A stretch of DNA of 44,737 bases. It comes from a virus. Its lineage: Duplodnaviria > Caudoviricetes. The stretch lies in IMG/VR virus record IMGVR_UViG_3300011443_000023, positions 1 through 44,737 of that record. One strand, 5' to 3'. The notes under the pieces are model-generated. The model saw only the letters and a list, made by a program, of their open reading frames with translations. It did no database searches and was not told the origin of the DNA. Of this stretch, positions 44,728 through 44,737 are shown one piece after another. The translations under genes and the position numbers were made by a program. Numbering within the stretch: the first letter of the stretch is position 1; every line of letters starts with the position of its first letter.

Positions 44728-44737
44728 ACCCGTGTAG
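44728..44737. repeat. Terminal 10-nt direct repeat (circular assembly overlap), copy 2
   Basis: Identical to 1-10. Confidence 0.9.

Larger units (their letters stand above)
1..44737. mobile_element. Complete circularised temperate podovirus-like phage genome (about 44,727 bp unique), probable Verrucomicrobiota host
   Basis: Full gene set: TerS/TerL, portal, scaffold, capsid, tail adaptor and nozzle, ejection proteins, tailspikes, lysis, integrase, repressor and replication genes. No host genes. 10-nt terminal identity with an ORF in frame across the join. Confidence 0.95.

Noticed and set aside
41684-44737. Diversity-generating retroelement as in BPP-1-like phages
   Set aside because: No reverse transcriptase and no TR/VR pair differing only at adenines; tailspike similarities are diverged protein-level paralogy.

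Overview
The window is a complete circular genome of a temperate, short-tailed (podovirus-type) phage, about 44,727 bp. The first and last 10 nt are identical (acccgtgtag), and one minus-strand tailspike gene reads in frame across the join. Almost all genes lie on the minus strand in tightly coupled operons. The early and replication genes are a RecT plus RecE-like recombination pair, a resolvase-like nuclease, a DUF1376-type initiator, an HNH protein and a primase-DnaB fusion. They are followed by the terminases, portal, scaffold, capsid, tail adaptor, three beta-helix tailspikes, a lysis cassette, nozzle, internal (ejection) proteins and a tail fibre. The plus strand carries only a lysogeny module (RHH repressor, membrane protein, attP-like region, tyrosine integrase) and two paralogous antisense HNH homing endonucleases. 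A VPEGG-type PEP-CTERM protein suggests a Verrucomicrobiota host (inference). Highlights are: a GH75 chitosanase-like enzyme in the endolysin slot; a phage-borne exosortase substrate; a switch made of two divergent ribbon-helix-helix genes with leaderless starts; the same helically phased GACGT array at attP and at the replication promoter; a PA14 domain inside the nozzle, whose start codon is out of frame; a shared late-promoter-like motif; and several candidate structured RNAs. All family calls come from reading motifs by eye; no database search was run.
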